Shown one piece after another: positions 7,980-15,934 of a DNA stretch of 24,125 nt. The stretch covers positions 1-24,125 of IMG/VR virus record IMGVR_UViG_3300028792_000010. One strand, written 5' to 3'. The position numbers and the translations under genes are program-made. The notes under the pieces were generated by a model, which searched no databases, was not told the DNA's origin, and saw nothing but the letters and a program-made list of their open reading frames with translations. The stretch's first letter is position 1, and every line of letters begins with the position of its first letter. This DNA comes from a virus (Duplodnaviria; Caudoviricetes).

Positions 7980-8393
7980 ATGTTCCACCCCTGGCGCACT
8001 CTCAGGGCTCTGGCTCACGTAACGCTGAACTGGCACGACGGGGGCCCGGCCGGCTGGACGCACTTCGAGTCCAGCACCATCTCGCTGCGACGCGGCATGA
8101 CGCAGTCCGAGCGACGGTGCACGCTCGCGCACGAGCTCCGGCACCTGGTGCGCGGACCCGTGATGGTGATGCACGTCGCCGACGAGGAGCAGCAGGTCGA
8201 GGCCGAGTCGGCCTGCCAGCTGATCGAGCTCGAGCGGCTGGGGGAGGCCCTGGCCTGGTCGTGCGACGCCGGAGAGATCGCCGAAGAGCTCTGGGTCGAC
8301 CGGGGGACCCTGGCCGCCCGGATCGCGGCCCTCCGACCTGACGAGCTGGACTACCTCGAGCGCCGGCTGCGGGACAAGGAGCACCAGTGCTGA
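7980..8393 (+). CDS. ImmA/IrrE-family metallopeptidase (anti-repressor)
   Basis: RRCTLAHELRH (HExxH), downstream EEQQVEAESACQLI, and C-terminal IAEELWVD. Adjacent to the repressor. Confidence 0.88.
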   Translation: MFHPWRTLRALAHVTLNWHDGGPAGWTHFESSTISLRRGMTQSERRCTLAHELRHLVRGPVMVMHVADEEQQVEAESACQLIELERLGEALAWSCDAGEIAEELWVDRGTLAARIAALRPDELDYLERRLRDKEHQC

Positions 8394-8437
8394 CGATCCG
8401 CAGGCGGCCGCGGCGCTGACGTCCTACCGTGGGTCGC

Positions 8438-8797
8438 GTGAGGTACACGGGGGTAGTGGTCGCCGCGGTGCTCGTCGCCGGCCTGAGCGGCTGCAGTGGC
8501 AGCTCTGACGCCAAGGGCTCGACCATCGAGAAGTCGCCCACCAGCGCGGTGCGTGAGGGCACCTACGTGCGGTTGGTCCAGCGGGACGTGCCGGAGCTTG
8601 CCGCGCGCAGCCGCGCGAACCTACTCAACATCGGTCGTTCGATGTGCGACGCCGTGACCGTCGGCGACAAGACGTCCACCCTGCGGGTGCTCAAGGCACT
8701 GCTGGACGAGGGGATCGCCGCCCGGCACGCTGGGGCGCTGATGGGCTACGCCAGCGCGCTCTGCCCGGAGAAGCAGAGCGCGCTCAGCATCACGTGA
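8438..8797 (+). CDS. DUF732-like lipoprotein
   Basis: Hydrophobic signal peptide with lipobox LSGC. Cys pair GRSMCDAV...ASALCPE is typical of DUF732. GTG 8438 lies 7 nt after TACCGT. Confidence 0.72.
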   Translation: MRYTGVVVAAVLVAGLSGCSGSSDAKGSTIEKSPTSAVREGTYVRLVQRDVPELAARSRANLLNIGRSMCDAVTVGDKTSTLRVLKALLDEGIAARHAGALMGYASALCPEKQSALSIT

Positions 8798-8810
8798 GCC
8801 AGGCCCCGGG

Positions 8811-10196
8811 CTAGGCCCTCGGCTGCGCCTCTGCGGGCACGATCCGCACGCGGTTCTCGTCGAACGCCCTGATGCGCTGGGTCGCCGGGTCCAGGTACAC
8901 CTTGCCGACGACCAGGGAGACCCGGCGAGCACGCCGCTCCAGGTCCGTGGGCCACTCGCTCCCGACAGGCGGCAACACCGCGGGGGTGGACGCCTCGAGC
9001 GCCCTCTGCGCCTGCTCCAGCCGCTCCTTGGCCTTCGACCTGGCTCGCAGCAGCGTCTCGACAGGAACGCCCGGCTGGTCGAGCTGGTCGTCGAGCTCGA
9101 GGATGCGCGCCTCGAGGTTGGTGATCTCGGCCAGCGCCGCCGGCGCCCCGACGTGCGACAGCTCGCGCAGCGCCGTACGGACCCGCGGGTCGTCGAGCCG
9201 GGTCCGGGCGTAGGCCTCGACGATCTCCTCGATCGGCTCGGCGTTGCCGGACACGCGGCCGCACCCCGGCATCCCGGGACGGTTGGGGCAGCGGTACGTG
9301 CGTACGGCGCGGCTGCCGCTGGTGATCATCCGGTAGCCGCAGCCGGGTGCCCCGCAGAAGAGCAACCCGTTGAGCAGCGACACGCGGGGGCGGTTGCTGC
9401 GGCCGCGGGACTGGATCAGGGCACGGACGGTCTCCCAGGTGTCGCGGTCCAGCAGGGGCTCCCACTGGCCCTCGGCGACGATCTCGCCGCGCAGGGTGGA
9501 GTAGCCGGCGATCCGCGGGTTGCACAGGTACTGCCGGATGGCGGCCGGTCGCCACACCCCGTTGCGGGTGGACAGGATGCCTTGGGCTTCGAGCTGGCGC
9601 GACACCTCCATGAGCGGGACGCCGGCGATGATGTCCTCGGCCAGCTGCACGGCGATCGCCTTCTCGTGCTCGATCACCTCGCCGTCGCGGGTGTAGCCGA
9701 ACAGCCGGGTGCCGGTGCCGGGGACCTGACCGCGTTCGCGGCCCTGCTGCCAGGAGCGGGCCCAGCGGTCGGCCTTGACCTCGACCTCGGCCTGGGCGGT
9801 CGCGGAGAGGATCCGGGCGAGCATCCGGCCGGTCGGGGTCGACAGGTCGATCTCGCCGGCGCGGACCGTGCGCATGATGACGTTGTTGCGGTCGATCGCC
9901 TCGATGAGGTCCTCGAGGTCGGCCAGGCGGCGGTAGAGCCGGTCGGGGTGCCAGGCGACGACGGCGTCGATCGAGCCGGCGCGGATGTCCTTGAGCATCT
10001 GCAGGTAGCCGCGGCGGGGCTTCTTGCGGTCCGAGGCGGTGGTGTCGTTGTCGACGTAGACCTCGAAGACGGTCCACCCGAGGCCGGCGACCAGGGCGAG
10101 ACAGTCCTCGCGCTGGCGGTCGACGCCGGCGGCCTCGCCGGTCTTGTCCTTGCTGATGCGCAGGTAGATCGCGACGCGCAAGCTCTGGGTGGTCAT
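8811..10196 (-). CDS. int: Large serine integrase
   Basis: Catalytic YLRIS, RQ..C, DND.TAS, DRLYR, recombinase-domain FGY and NPRIAG, Zn ribbon LFCGAPGCG...YRC...C, and a coiled coil. Confidence 0.95.
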   Translation of the reverse strand: MTTQSLRVAIYLRISKDKTGEAAGVDRQREDCLALVAGLGWTVFEVYVDNDTTASDRKKPRRGYLQMLKDIRAGSIDAVVAWHPDRLYRRLADLEDLIEAIDRNNVIMRTVRAGEIDLSTPTGRMLARILSATAQAEVEVKADRWARSWQQGRERGQVPGTGTRLFGYTRDGEVIEHEKAIAVQLAEDIIAGVPLMEVSRQLEAQGILSTRNGVWRPAAIRQYLCNPRIAGYSTLRGEIVAEGQWEPLLDRDTWETVRALIQSRGRSNRPRVSLLNGLLFCGAPGCGYRMITSGSRAVRTYRCPNRPGMPGCGRVSGNAEPIEEIVEAYARTRLDDPRVRTALRELSHVGAPAALAEITNLEARILELDDQLDQPGVPVETLLRARSKAKERLEQAQRALEASTPAVLPPVGSEWPTDLERRARRVSLVVGKVYLDPATQRIRAFDENRVRIVPAEAQPRA

Positions 10197-10239
10197 GGTG
10201 GTTCCCCGCTCCGACAGGAAGTCTTCCCGTCCCCTGTGT

Positions 10240-10289
10240 GTATGACATTAGAGCATGTAAGCGTGCGGATACCTTCCCCAATGTCATAC
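10240..10289. other. Putative attP site
   Basis: GTATGACATT (10240-10249) and AATGTCATAC (10280-10289) form a perfect inverted repeat bounding 50 bp, 44 bp upstream of the integrase start. Centre at 10264-10265 (TG). Confidence 0.7.
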
Positions 10290-10310
10290 GTCGGGGCTAC
10301 GTTGTGGAGC

Positions 10311-10556
10311 ATGTCCCACGACGCCGAGGCCCAGCGCCTGGTCGAGCTGCACGCGCAGGCCGTCGCAACCGACCGCTCGATCACCACCAGCACCGACGTC
10401 CAGGCGTCGCTCGACGCGCACGCCGAGCACGCCACCGCCTGCGAGGCCTTCCGTCGCAGCCACTACCCGCGCACGTCCCGGGTGGTCGCTGTCTTCGGGC
10501 AGGTCTTCACCGTGTCCGGGCGAAGTGGGGCACCCGAAGAGCACCGACTGACGTAG
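10311..10556 (+). CDS. Hypothetical 81-aa protein next to attP
   Basis: MSHDAEAQRLVELHAQ...EEHRLT, with GC-rich third positions. TACGTT lies 7 nt upstream and GGAG just before the ATG. Confidence 0.65.
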   Translation: MSHDAEAQRLVELHAQAVATDRSITTSTDVQASLDAHAEHATACEAFRRSHYPRTSRVVAVFGQVFTVSGRSGAPEEHRLT

Positions 10557-10566
10557 GGTGCGGCGC

Positions 10567-11880
10567 GTGGGGATGCTAGAGAGTCACTGGCTCGAGCTGG
10601 TCGTGTTGGCCGTAGTCACCGTCTGGGCGGCGCTGCTGGTCCCGGCGCTCGTCCGAAGCGCCAGCACGAAGGGGCATGGGCTCGCGTTGACGGCGCTCTA
10701 CCTGACCGCTGGCACGGCACCCGCCATGCGACTGGTCGACCCGACTGGAGCATCACCCTTGGTGGCGAAGGTGTCCGAGCTCGGGACGGTGATCGCCTTC
10801 TCCCTGATTGTGGTGACCATCCTGACCAGCGTCCGGGTGCGGCAGCCGTTGCCCGGATCGGCCTTGGTGCTCATCGTCTACGGCTTGGTCCTGGTAGCGG
10901 CCGGAATCTACGCGGGCGGGTTCAATCTCAGATGGCTGCTGCTGCCCGGGCTCGCGCTAGTAGTCGGCCGCGGGGCGGGGATGTCACCGCAGCGCCTGGT
11001 CCAGCACCTTCGGTACGCAGTGCGCATCACCACGTTCGGTAGCCTCGTCCTGGCCGTGACGGACTACTCGGCTGTCGAGTTCGCCGACAACGGCCGCGTC
11101 CTGTTCGGGCTACCGCAGCTCGCCGGGGCAACCGATCATCCCAACGTCCTGGGGCCCCTGGCGGCGATGGCGCTGGCCTTCGAGGTCGCCCCGGGTACGC
11201 GGCGACGCTCAATCCTGGGGATCACGGCGGCGGTCGCGTGCTCCGTACTGGCGCAGTCGCGCGCCGGCTGGCTGTGCGTGGCCGTGGTGTTGCTGGTCTG
11301 GTTCGCCGCCAGGCCGGGCCGAGCCCGGGTCCTCATGATTGGCGGCTATCTCGCTGCGGTGGCTGCGACCGCGGCGGCGACCTGGTTGAGCGTGTTCGGG
11401 CGGCCCGACTTCCGGCTCACTCCGGATGTCTCTGTGTTGAACGGGCGAAACGAGGTGTGGTCGTTGGCGTGGGGCGTTTTCCGGGCGCATCCCTGGTTCG
11501 GAGCTGGGCCTGATGCTTTCGATGTCCAGTTCCGTGCCACTCACGGACAGTTCGGCGCGGTCACCGGGCAGGCGCACGATCAGGTTCTGCAGACGATGGC
11601 GACGGTCGGCCTGGTTGGCCTCGTGGTGTTCATCGCGCTCGCGTGGGTGTGGGGACGGGCCGCGATCTGGTGCGCCCGAGAGGGAACGGGGGTGGCGGCC
11701 GCGACTCTGCTGGCGCTGGCGGCCCACGCCGCGGTGGAGTCCCCGCTTCGTGGATACCTTCCGCCTGGGACGTTCATGGCCCTCGCCGTTGTCGCTCTGG
11801 TGACAACGGCGAGGGATGAGTCGCTTGGGGATGGATCATCCAGTAGCAGCACCAGGCTTATTGCGAACTATTCGCAATAG
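10567..11880 (+). CDS. O-antigen ligase/Wzy_C-family polysaccharide polymerase (multi-pass membrane protein)
   Basis: Many TM helices plus motifs GATDHPNVLG, AQSRAGWL, LNGRNEVW, PWFGAG and AHDQVLQ...GLVG. Start is GTG 10567 or ATG 10573. Confidence 0.85.
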   Translation: MGMLESHWLELVVLAVVTVWAALLVPALVRSASTKGHGLALTALYLTAGTAPAMRLVDPTGASPLVAKVSELGTVIAFSLIVVTILTSVRVRQPLPGSALVLIVYGLVLVAAGIYAGGFNLRWLLLPGLALVVGRGAGMSPQRLVQHLRYAVRITTFGSLVLAVTDYSAVEFADNGRVLFGLPQLAGATDHPNVLGPLAAMALAFEVAPGTRRRSILGITAAVACSVLAQSRAGWLCVAVVLLVWFAARPGRARVLMIGGYLAAVAATAAATWLSVFGRPDFRLTPDVSVLNGRNEVWSLAWGVFRAHPWFGAGPDAFDVQFRATHGQFGAVTGQAHDQVLQTMATVGLVGLVVFIALAWVWGRAAIWCAREGTGVAAATLLALAAHAAVESPLRGYLPPGTFMALAVVALVTTARDESLGDGSSSSSTRLIANYSQ

Positions 11881-11883
11881 GGC

Positions 11884-13512
11884 CTAGAGGTTCACGGCGG
11901 GACTGAGCCCAACGAAAGGCATCCACGCGTTCTGCGCGGCGGTGCTGAGCGTGATGGACGACGGGAGGGCCGTCAGCCCGCTGCCGAGCGTGCCTGACCG
12001 CCACGGGCCGTTGTTGTCCTCACTGCTACCCGTCGCCAGCCTGTTGATGTTGACGGGCGGGTTTGCCAGGGCGTAGAACTTCGGCGGCGTCGTCCCGTTG
12101 GACAAGATCACCAGGAGCAGGGTTTCTCCGGCCTTGATGAGTCGGGTCGGCGCGGTGAACTGAAACTGCTTGTTGCCCGTGGAGGCGAGGTTCGTGGAGA
12201 GGTCCGCCGAGACGGCCAACTGTGCGCCGGTCAGGTCGTACAGAGCCAGGAAGTTCTGGCCTGCCGTGAGTCCCGCCCCGGCCGTACTGATCGTCATGAA
12301 GACGGAGTCGACGTAGCAGTCCACGGCGGCTCGGATCAGGCAGAAGGTCGGCGTACCCGATGCCAGCGTGTTCGACGCGCCCACCGCGTAGGCCGGGTCG
12401 CACGTCCACCCCACCATCGCATAGTCCTCAGGGAGGAAGGCCGAGGTGCGGCTGAACACCTGGGGCTTCACCCGGAGTTCGGTCATGCCGATGCGCCACC
12501 CCGAGGCGCCGGAGGCCGAGTAGAACAGGCGGTGGGTGGCCCCAGTTCCGGAGTCCACCGGAACGAAGCATGCCCGGTACGGCGAATTGTCCCAGCGGTT
12601 GAAACCGCCACCGTTGCCGCGCCGCGTGAGAGGCCGCTTGCCTACCGTCCAGGTGATCCCATCCGAGGAGACCGCCAGCCAGTTCCAGCCGCCCGTCCCG
12701 GACTGTCCGGCCCCCGTGGAGTTGACGGCCATGTGGTACTGCCCGCCATAGGCGATCACATCGAGGTGCCAGGGATCCTGTGCAGCGCCACTCGGTCCGG
12801 CGGGGACGGTGAGCGTGCAGGTGGTCGGTGCCGACCAGGGGCCGGTCAGGCTGGCGGCAGTTCGCATCTCCATCACGTAGGGCGTCCCGGCGATGCCGTT
12901 GATGGTCCACATGCGCCAGAGCTTCGCGCCAGCGTCGTAGACGATGGTCGGGGACAGGAGGCCCTTGTTGGCCGCGTCCACGATGCTGATGGCGACCGTT
13001 TCAGCGGACCAGTTAATGCCATCTGCGGTGGTCCGGTAGCAGACGGTCTCCGTGGTGCCGATGATTGGTCGATAGAACATGTACAACTTCCCGTCCGGCC
13101 CGAGCTCCAGGTCGGGGTCGGAGTTGTAGCCACCGCTTGGCTTGGGCGCGACAGGGTTGGTCACCCCAGGGGGAGTGACCCACGTGCTTCCGTCGTCGCT
13201 GACGAGGATGGACGGGTTCTCCAGGGTGTTGTCACTGCCCGCATACGGGGTGTGAGCCATCCAGTAGTGCCACGCCTTGCCGTTGGCGTCTCGTCCCCAC
13301 CCGCTCGGGGCGTAGAACACGTCGGGGTGGGTGCTCTGACCGGTGCCGTCGTAGGTCGGGAGAGTCAGGTAGGTCGGCGCCCGATCGGCAATCATCCGGT
13401 CGGGGTCAACCACCGTCATGCGTCGGTGCAGACCTGCGTCATCAAGGACGCCGACCGTGGCAAATGTGGCCGCTAGTGCAGCCGGAGGAGTGTTCGGACG
13501 GATCTTGGCCAT
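11884..13512 (-). CDS. Beta-propeller glycoside-hydrolase-like protein with C-terminal beta domain (putative tailspike/depolymerase)
   Basis: PTYDGTGQSTHPDV, YWMAHTPY, ENPSILVSDDGSTW, NSDPDL, DGINWS, PWHLDV and SSDGITW (Asp-box-like repeats). The C-terminal LPEDY..WTCDPA...GLTAGQNF..LY...NGTTPP...LPSSIT resembles actinophage tail modules. Confidence 0.65.
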   Translation of the reverse strand: MAKIRPNTPPAALAATFATVGVLDDAGLHRRMTVVDPDRMIADRAPTYLTLPTYDGTGQSTHPDVFYAPSGWGRDANGKAWHYWMAHTPYAGSDNTLENPSILVSDDGSTWVTPPGVTNPVAPKPSGGYNSDPDLELGPDGKLYMFYRPIIGTTETVCYRTTADGINWSAETVAISIVDAANKGLLSPTIVYDAGAKLWRMWTINGIAGTPYVMEMRTAASLTGPWSAPTTCTLTVPAGPSGAAQDPWHLDVIAYGGQYHMAVNSTGAGQSGTGGWNWLAVSSDGITWTVGKRPLTRRGNGGGFNRWDNSPYRACFVPVDSGTGATHRLFYSASGASGWRIGMTELRVKPQVFSRTSAFLPEDYAMVGWTCDPAYAVGASNTLASGTPTFCLIRAAVDCYVDSVFMTISTAGAGLTAGQNFLALYDLTGAQLAVSADLSTNLASTGNKQFQFTAPTRLIKAGETLLLVILSNGTTPPKFYALANPPVNINRLATGSSEDNNGPWRSGTLGSGLTALPSSITLSTAAQNAWMPFVGLSPAVNL

Positions 13513-13515
13513 GGC

Positions 13516-13797
13516 TCAGACCCCCAGGTGCAGGACGCGGAGCTGACCGCCGCCGGCCGCGGCGATCCCGTACGGCGCGTCGCCCAGCGTCAGGTCGAGC
13601 GCGAGCTCGTAGCCGGCCTTCAGCTCGTAGCCGTAGCTGATCGTCGTGACGGTCGGGCCGCCGATGAAGACGCTGGAGGTGCCGGTGTTGGTGAGCACCA
13701 CCGAGCGGATCTGGGTGTTCTGGTCGGTGTCGGTGACTCCGCTGGTCAGGTCGACCGCGGACGTGCCGACCGACACGAGTGCGTGGTTGACGCCCAT
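13516..13797 (-). CDS. Small beta-rich protein, putative virion adaptor
   Basis: 93 aa with AAGGAG RBS and pattern VVLTNTGTSSVFIGG...GYELKAG. Its stop lies 3 nt before the 542-aa gene. Confidence 0.65.
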   Translation of the reverse strand: MGVNHALVSVGTSAVDLTSGVTDTDQNTQIRSVVLTNTGTSSVFIGGPTVTTISYGYELKAGYELALDLTLGDAPYGIAAAGGGQLRVLHLGV

Positions 13798-13845
13798 TGC
13801 TTTCTCCTTGGGTAGACGGGGTCCCGAGACGGGGGTGTGCGGCTG

Positions 13846-14139
13846 CTACTCGACGGCGGTGGGGTCGGCGGCGAGGAACGGGGCGAACTCCCGGAGGAAG
13901 GCCTCCACGCCGGGGATGGCGAGCACGCGGGTGACGGCGCCGGCGACCGCGAGGGCCTGGGCTGCGAGACCGGTGGCGGTGCTGGGGTCGTGCAGGGTCG
14001 CGCCGGCGAAGATCTCCGGGGCGAGAGTGGCCAGCGCCACCAGGCCGGCGAAGACGGTGCGGAGCGTCGCGCGCCATGGCCGGCGGACCTGGGTCGGCGA
14101 GATCACGTGTGCCGGGAGGTGCTTCGGGGTGTGTGCCAT
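13846..14139 (-). CDS. Holin (2 TM)
   Basis: PTQVRRPWRATLRT...AVAGAVTRVLAIPGVEAFL pattern of actinophage holins. Directly follows the endolysin, with AAGGAG RBS. Confidence 0.78.
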   Translation of the reverse strand: MAHTPKHLPAHVISPTQVRRPWRATLRTVFAGLVALATLAPEIFAGATLHDPSTATGLAAQALAVAGAVTRVLAIPGVEAFLREFAPFLAADPTAVE

Positions 14140-14169
14140 GGGTCGGTTCTCCTTCGGAGGTCAGGTGGA

Positions 14170-14889
14170 TTAGCGGGTGGTGGTCTTGCCGCCGAGCTGG
14201 ACGGCCAGGGCGCGAAGCTTCCGCCAGGTGGCGGCGCGGGCGCCGCTGCTGGCCCTGATGCCGCGGTCGGCGGCGGCGAGGGCGTCGTCGGCGTTGGGGT
14301 GCGACACTGCGGGCTTCGGCGCAGCGGACTTGGCGACCGCGGCCTTACTGCCGGCGATATTCATCCGCACCGCGCTCAGGAAGTCAGTCCAGGGGAAGTC
14401 CGGGCCGGGGTCGGTGTGGGTGGACTGGTGGAACGCCTGGGAGTAGTCGACGTGCCCGGCGATGCCGTGCGGGCCGTGCGCCTTCAGGGCGGCTACCGTC
14501 GGCCGGACCGGGTCGATCCCGTAGGCCAGGCACAGGTCGGCGACCAGGCGCGCGGCACGGGCGAGGATGGCTTCGGAGTCGGCGTCGTCCCACCTCGAGG
14601 CGGGGCCGACCTGCTCGTCGCAGAGCTCGACGCCGATGGAGTCCTGGTTGTGGCCGCAGTGGTAGGCGATCGCGTGGTCGCCGACGCACTGGATGACTTC
14701 ACCCGGGTCGACGACGTAGTGCGCCGAGGTCTTCGGGGAGGTTCGCCCGTGCCACCACCCGGCGATGCTGCGGGCGGTGCCGGGGTCGTCGTGGGAGACG
14801 GTGCCGTGGATGACGATCGCCCTCGGGGTCTGCGTGCCTCCGTGGTAGCGCGCCGGGATCATCGGCGGTGACGGGGATGTGAACGTCAT
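14170..14889 (-). CDS. Endolysin, N-acetylmuramoyl-L-alanine amidase (Amidase_2)
   Basis: ATG 14889. Motifs IVIHGT, SAHYVVD, AYHCG.N..SIGVE, GH and HTDPG..FPW. Confidence 0.92.
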   Translation of the reverse strand: MTFTSPSPPMIPARYHGGTQTPRAIVIHGTVSHDDPGTARSIAGWWHGRTSPKTSAHYVVDPGEVIQCVGDHAIAYHCGHNQDSIGVELCDEQVGPASRWDDADSEAILARAARLVADLCLAYGIDPVRPTVAALKAHGPHGIAGHVDYSQAFHQSTHTDPGPDFPWTDFLSAVRMNIAGSKAAVAKSAAPKPAVSHPNADDALAAADRGIRASSGARAATWRKLRALAVQLGGKTTTR

Positions 14890-15053
14890 GGTCGGGGCTC
14901 CTCGGTCGGGGTCTGCTGGGCGGTGTGAATGGTCTCGGCGACCCACCGCCACCGGGCGGTACGGCGGTCGGCCTGCTCGAGCTCGGTCTTGAGGCGGGTG
15001 ACCTGGGCCTCGAGCGCCTCGCAGCGTGCGCAGAGTGGAGGCTCGGTGGTCAC
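14886..15053 (-). CDS. Small coiled-coil protein with CxxC (55 aa)
   Basis: GTG 15053. Overlaps both neighbours by 4 nt: MTTEPPLCARCEALEAQVTRLK... Confidence 0.6.
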   Translation of the reverse strand: MTTEPPLCARCEALEAQVTRLKTELEQADRRTARWRWVAETIHTAQQTPTEEPRP

Positions 15054-15433
15054 GGGTGGGCGCGGAGGTCGGCGAGCTCGCGGGCCATCGCCTGCAGCTC
15101 GGCCTGGAGGACACCGAGGCGCTCCTCGAGGGCGAGCATCTTGGCTTCCTTGCGCTCGGACTCGAGACGCTCGTCGCGCAGCTCGGCCTCGAGGCGGCTG
15201 TTGCGCCCGAGCAGCGAGTCCCTCTCGGCATCCCACGCTTTCTCGGCCAGGACGAAGCGCTGCTCGAGGTTGGCCATCCGCTTCGCGTCGATCTGCAGCT
15301 CGACGGTGGAGGCGGCGACCTGACCGTCGGCGTGGTTCTTGCGGCGGTCCTTGACGTAGGCGATCAGGGCACTTCCACCGCCGCCGCCGAGGGCGAGTGC
15401 GGCGAGCGCCGACCAGGCGCTCTGCTCGCTCAC
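15050..15433 (-). CDS. Single-TM coiled-coil membrane protein (lysis cassette)
   Basis: GTG 15433. N-terminal hydrophobic ALAALALGGGGGSALIAYV, then KDRRK and a long coiled coil. Confidence 0.75.
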   Translation of the reverse strand: MSEQSAWSALAALALGGGGGSALIAYVKDRRKNHADGQVAASTVELQIDAKRMANLEQRFVLAEKAWDAERDSLLGRNSRLEAELRDERLESERKEAKMLALEERLGVLQAELQAMARELADLRAHP

Positions 15434-15897
15434 TGGCGGCCGCCGAGGGTCAGCAGCCGCACCCCGCACATCGCCACGAACGCGGCCGGGATGATGGAGG
15501 CGGCGAGGCCGGCCCAGCCGGCGTAGAGAATGATCGCGCCGATGTAGACGGTGGTGGAGAGCCCGAGGAGCCGGAGGCCGAGCCGGTAGGCGGGGACCCT
15601 GGTGACGACGTACCGGTCCTGCTCGAGGTGCCGGATGGAGGCGAGGCCGGAGGCGAGGGCGATGGCGCCGACGACCAGGAGGACGCCCCACACGCGCAGG
15701 AACGGGTGCGGGAGGAGTGCCTCGAGGCTGCGGGTCTCGACGGGGGTGAACAGGGACAGGACCCCGGACAGCGCGCACAGCAGCGCCAGGAACCATTCGG
15801 CCGGGTGCCAGAGGAGGCCGGCGGGGAGGTGGTCGATGAGCCAGAGGCGGGCTTGTTCGCGGCGTGGGGCCGGCGCCGGTGCAGGCTGCTCGGTCAT
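15430..15897 (-). CDS. Four-TM membrane protein (holin-like)
   Basis: ATG 15897 with AAGGGG RBS. Four hydrophobic segments, upstream of the endolysin. Confidence 0.75.
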   Translation of the reverse strand: MTEQPAPAPAPRREQARLWLIDHLPAGLLWHPAEWFLALLCALSGVLSLFTPVETRSLEALLPHPFLRVWGVLLVVGAIALASGLASIRHLEQDRYVVTRVPAYRLGLRLLGLSTTVYIGAIILYAGWAGLAASIIPAAFVAMCGVRLLTLGGRQ

Positions 15898-15934
15898 GGG
15901 CGTCCCCTTGGTGGGTGCGGAGGGATGGCGCGGG

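Noticed and set aside
8798-8810. Bidirectional terminators at the convergent junctions (also 11881-11883)
   Set aside because: The gaps are only 13 and 3 nt, with no convincing stem.
10255-10270. Repressor operator-like sequence inside attP (CATGTAAGCGTGCGGA)
   Set aside because: Only about 11/16 identity to the operator palindrome, which is too weak to support.
10567-13512. Host chromosomal polysaccharide locus marking a prophage boundary
   Set aside because: The genes lie between the phage holin and an apparently intact attP, and no glycosyltransferase or flippase genes accompany them.
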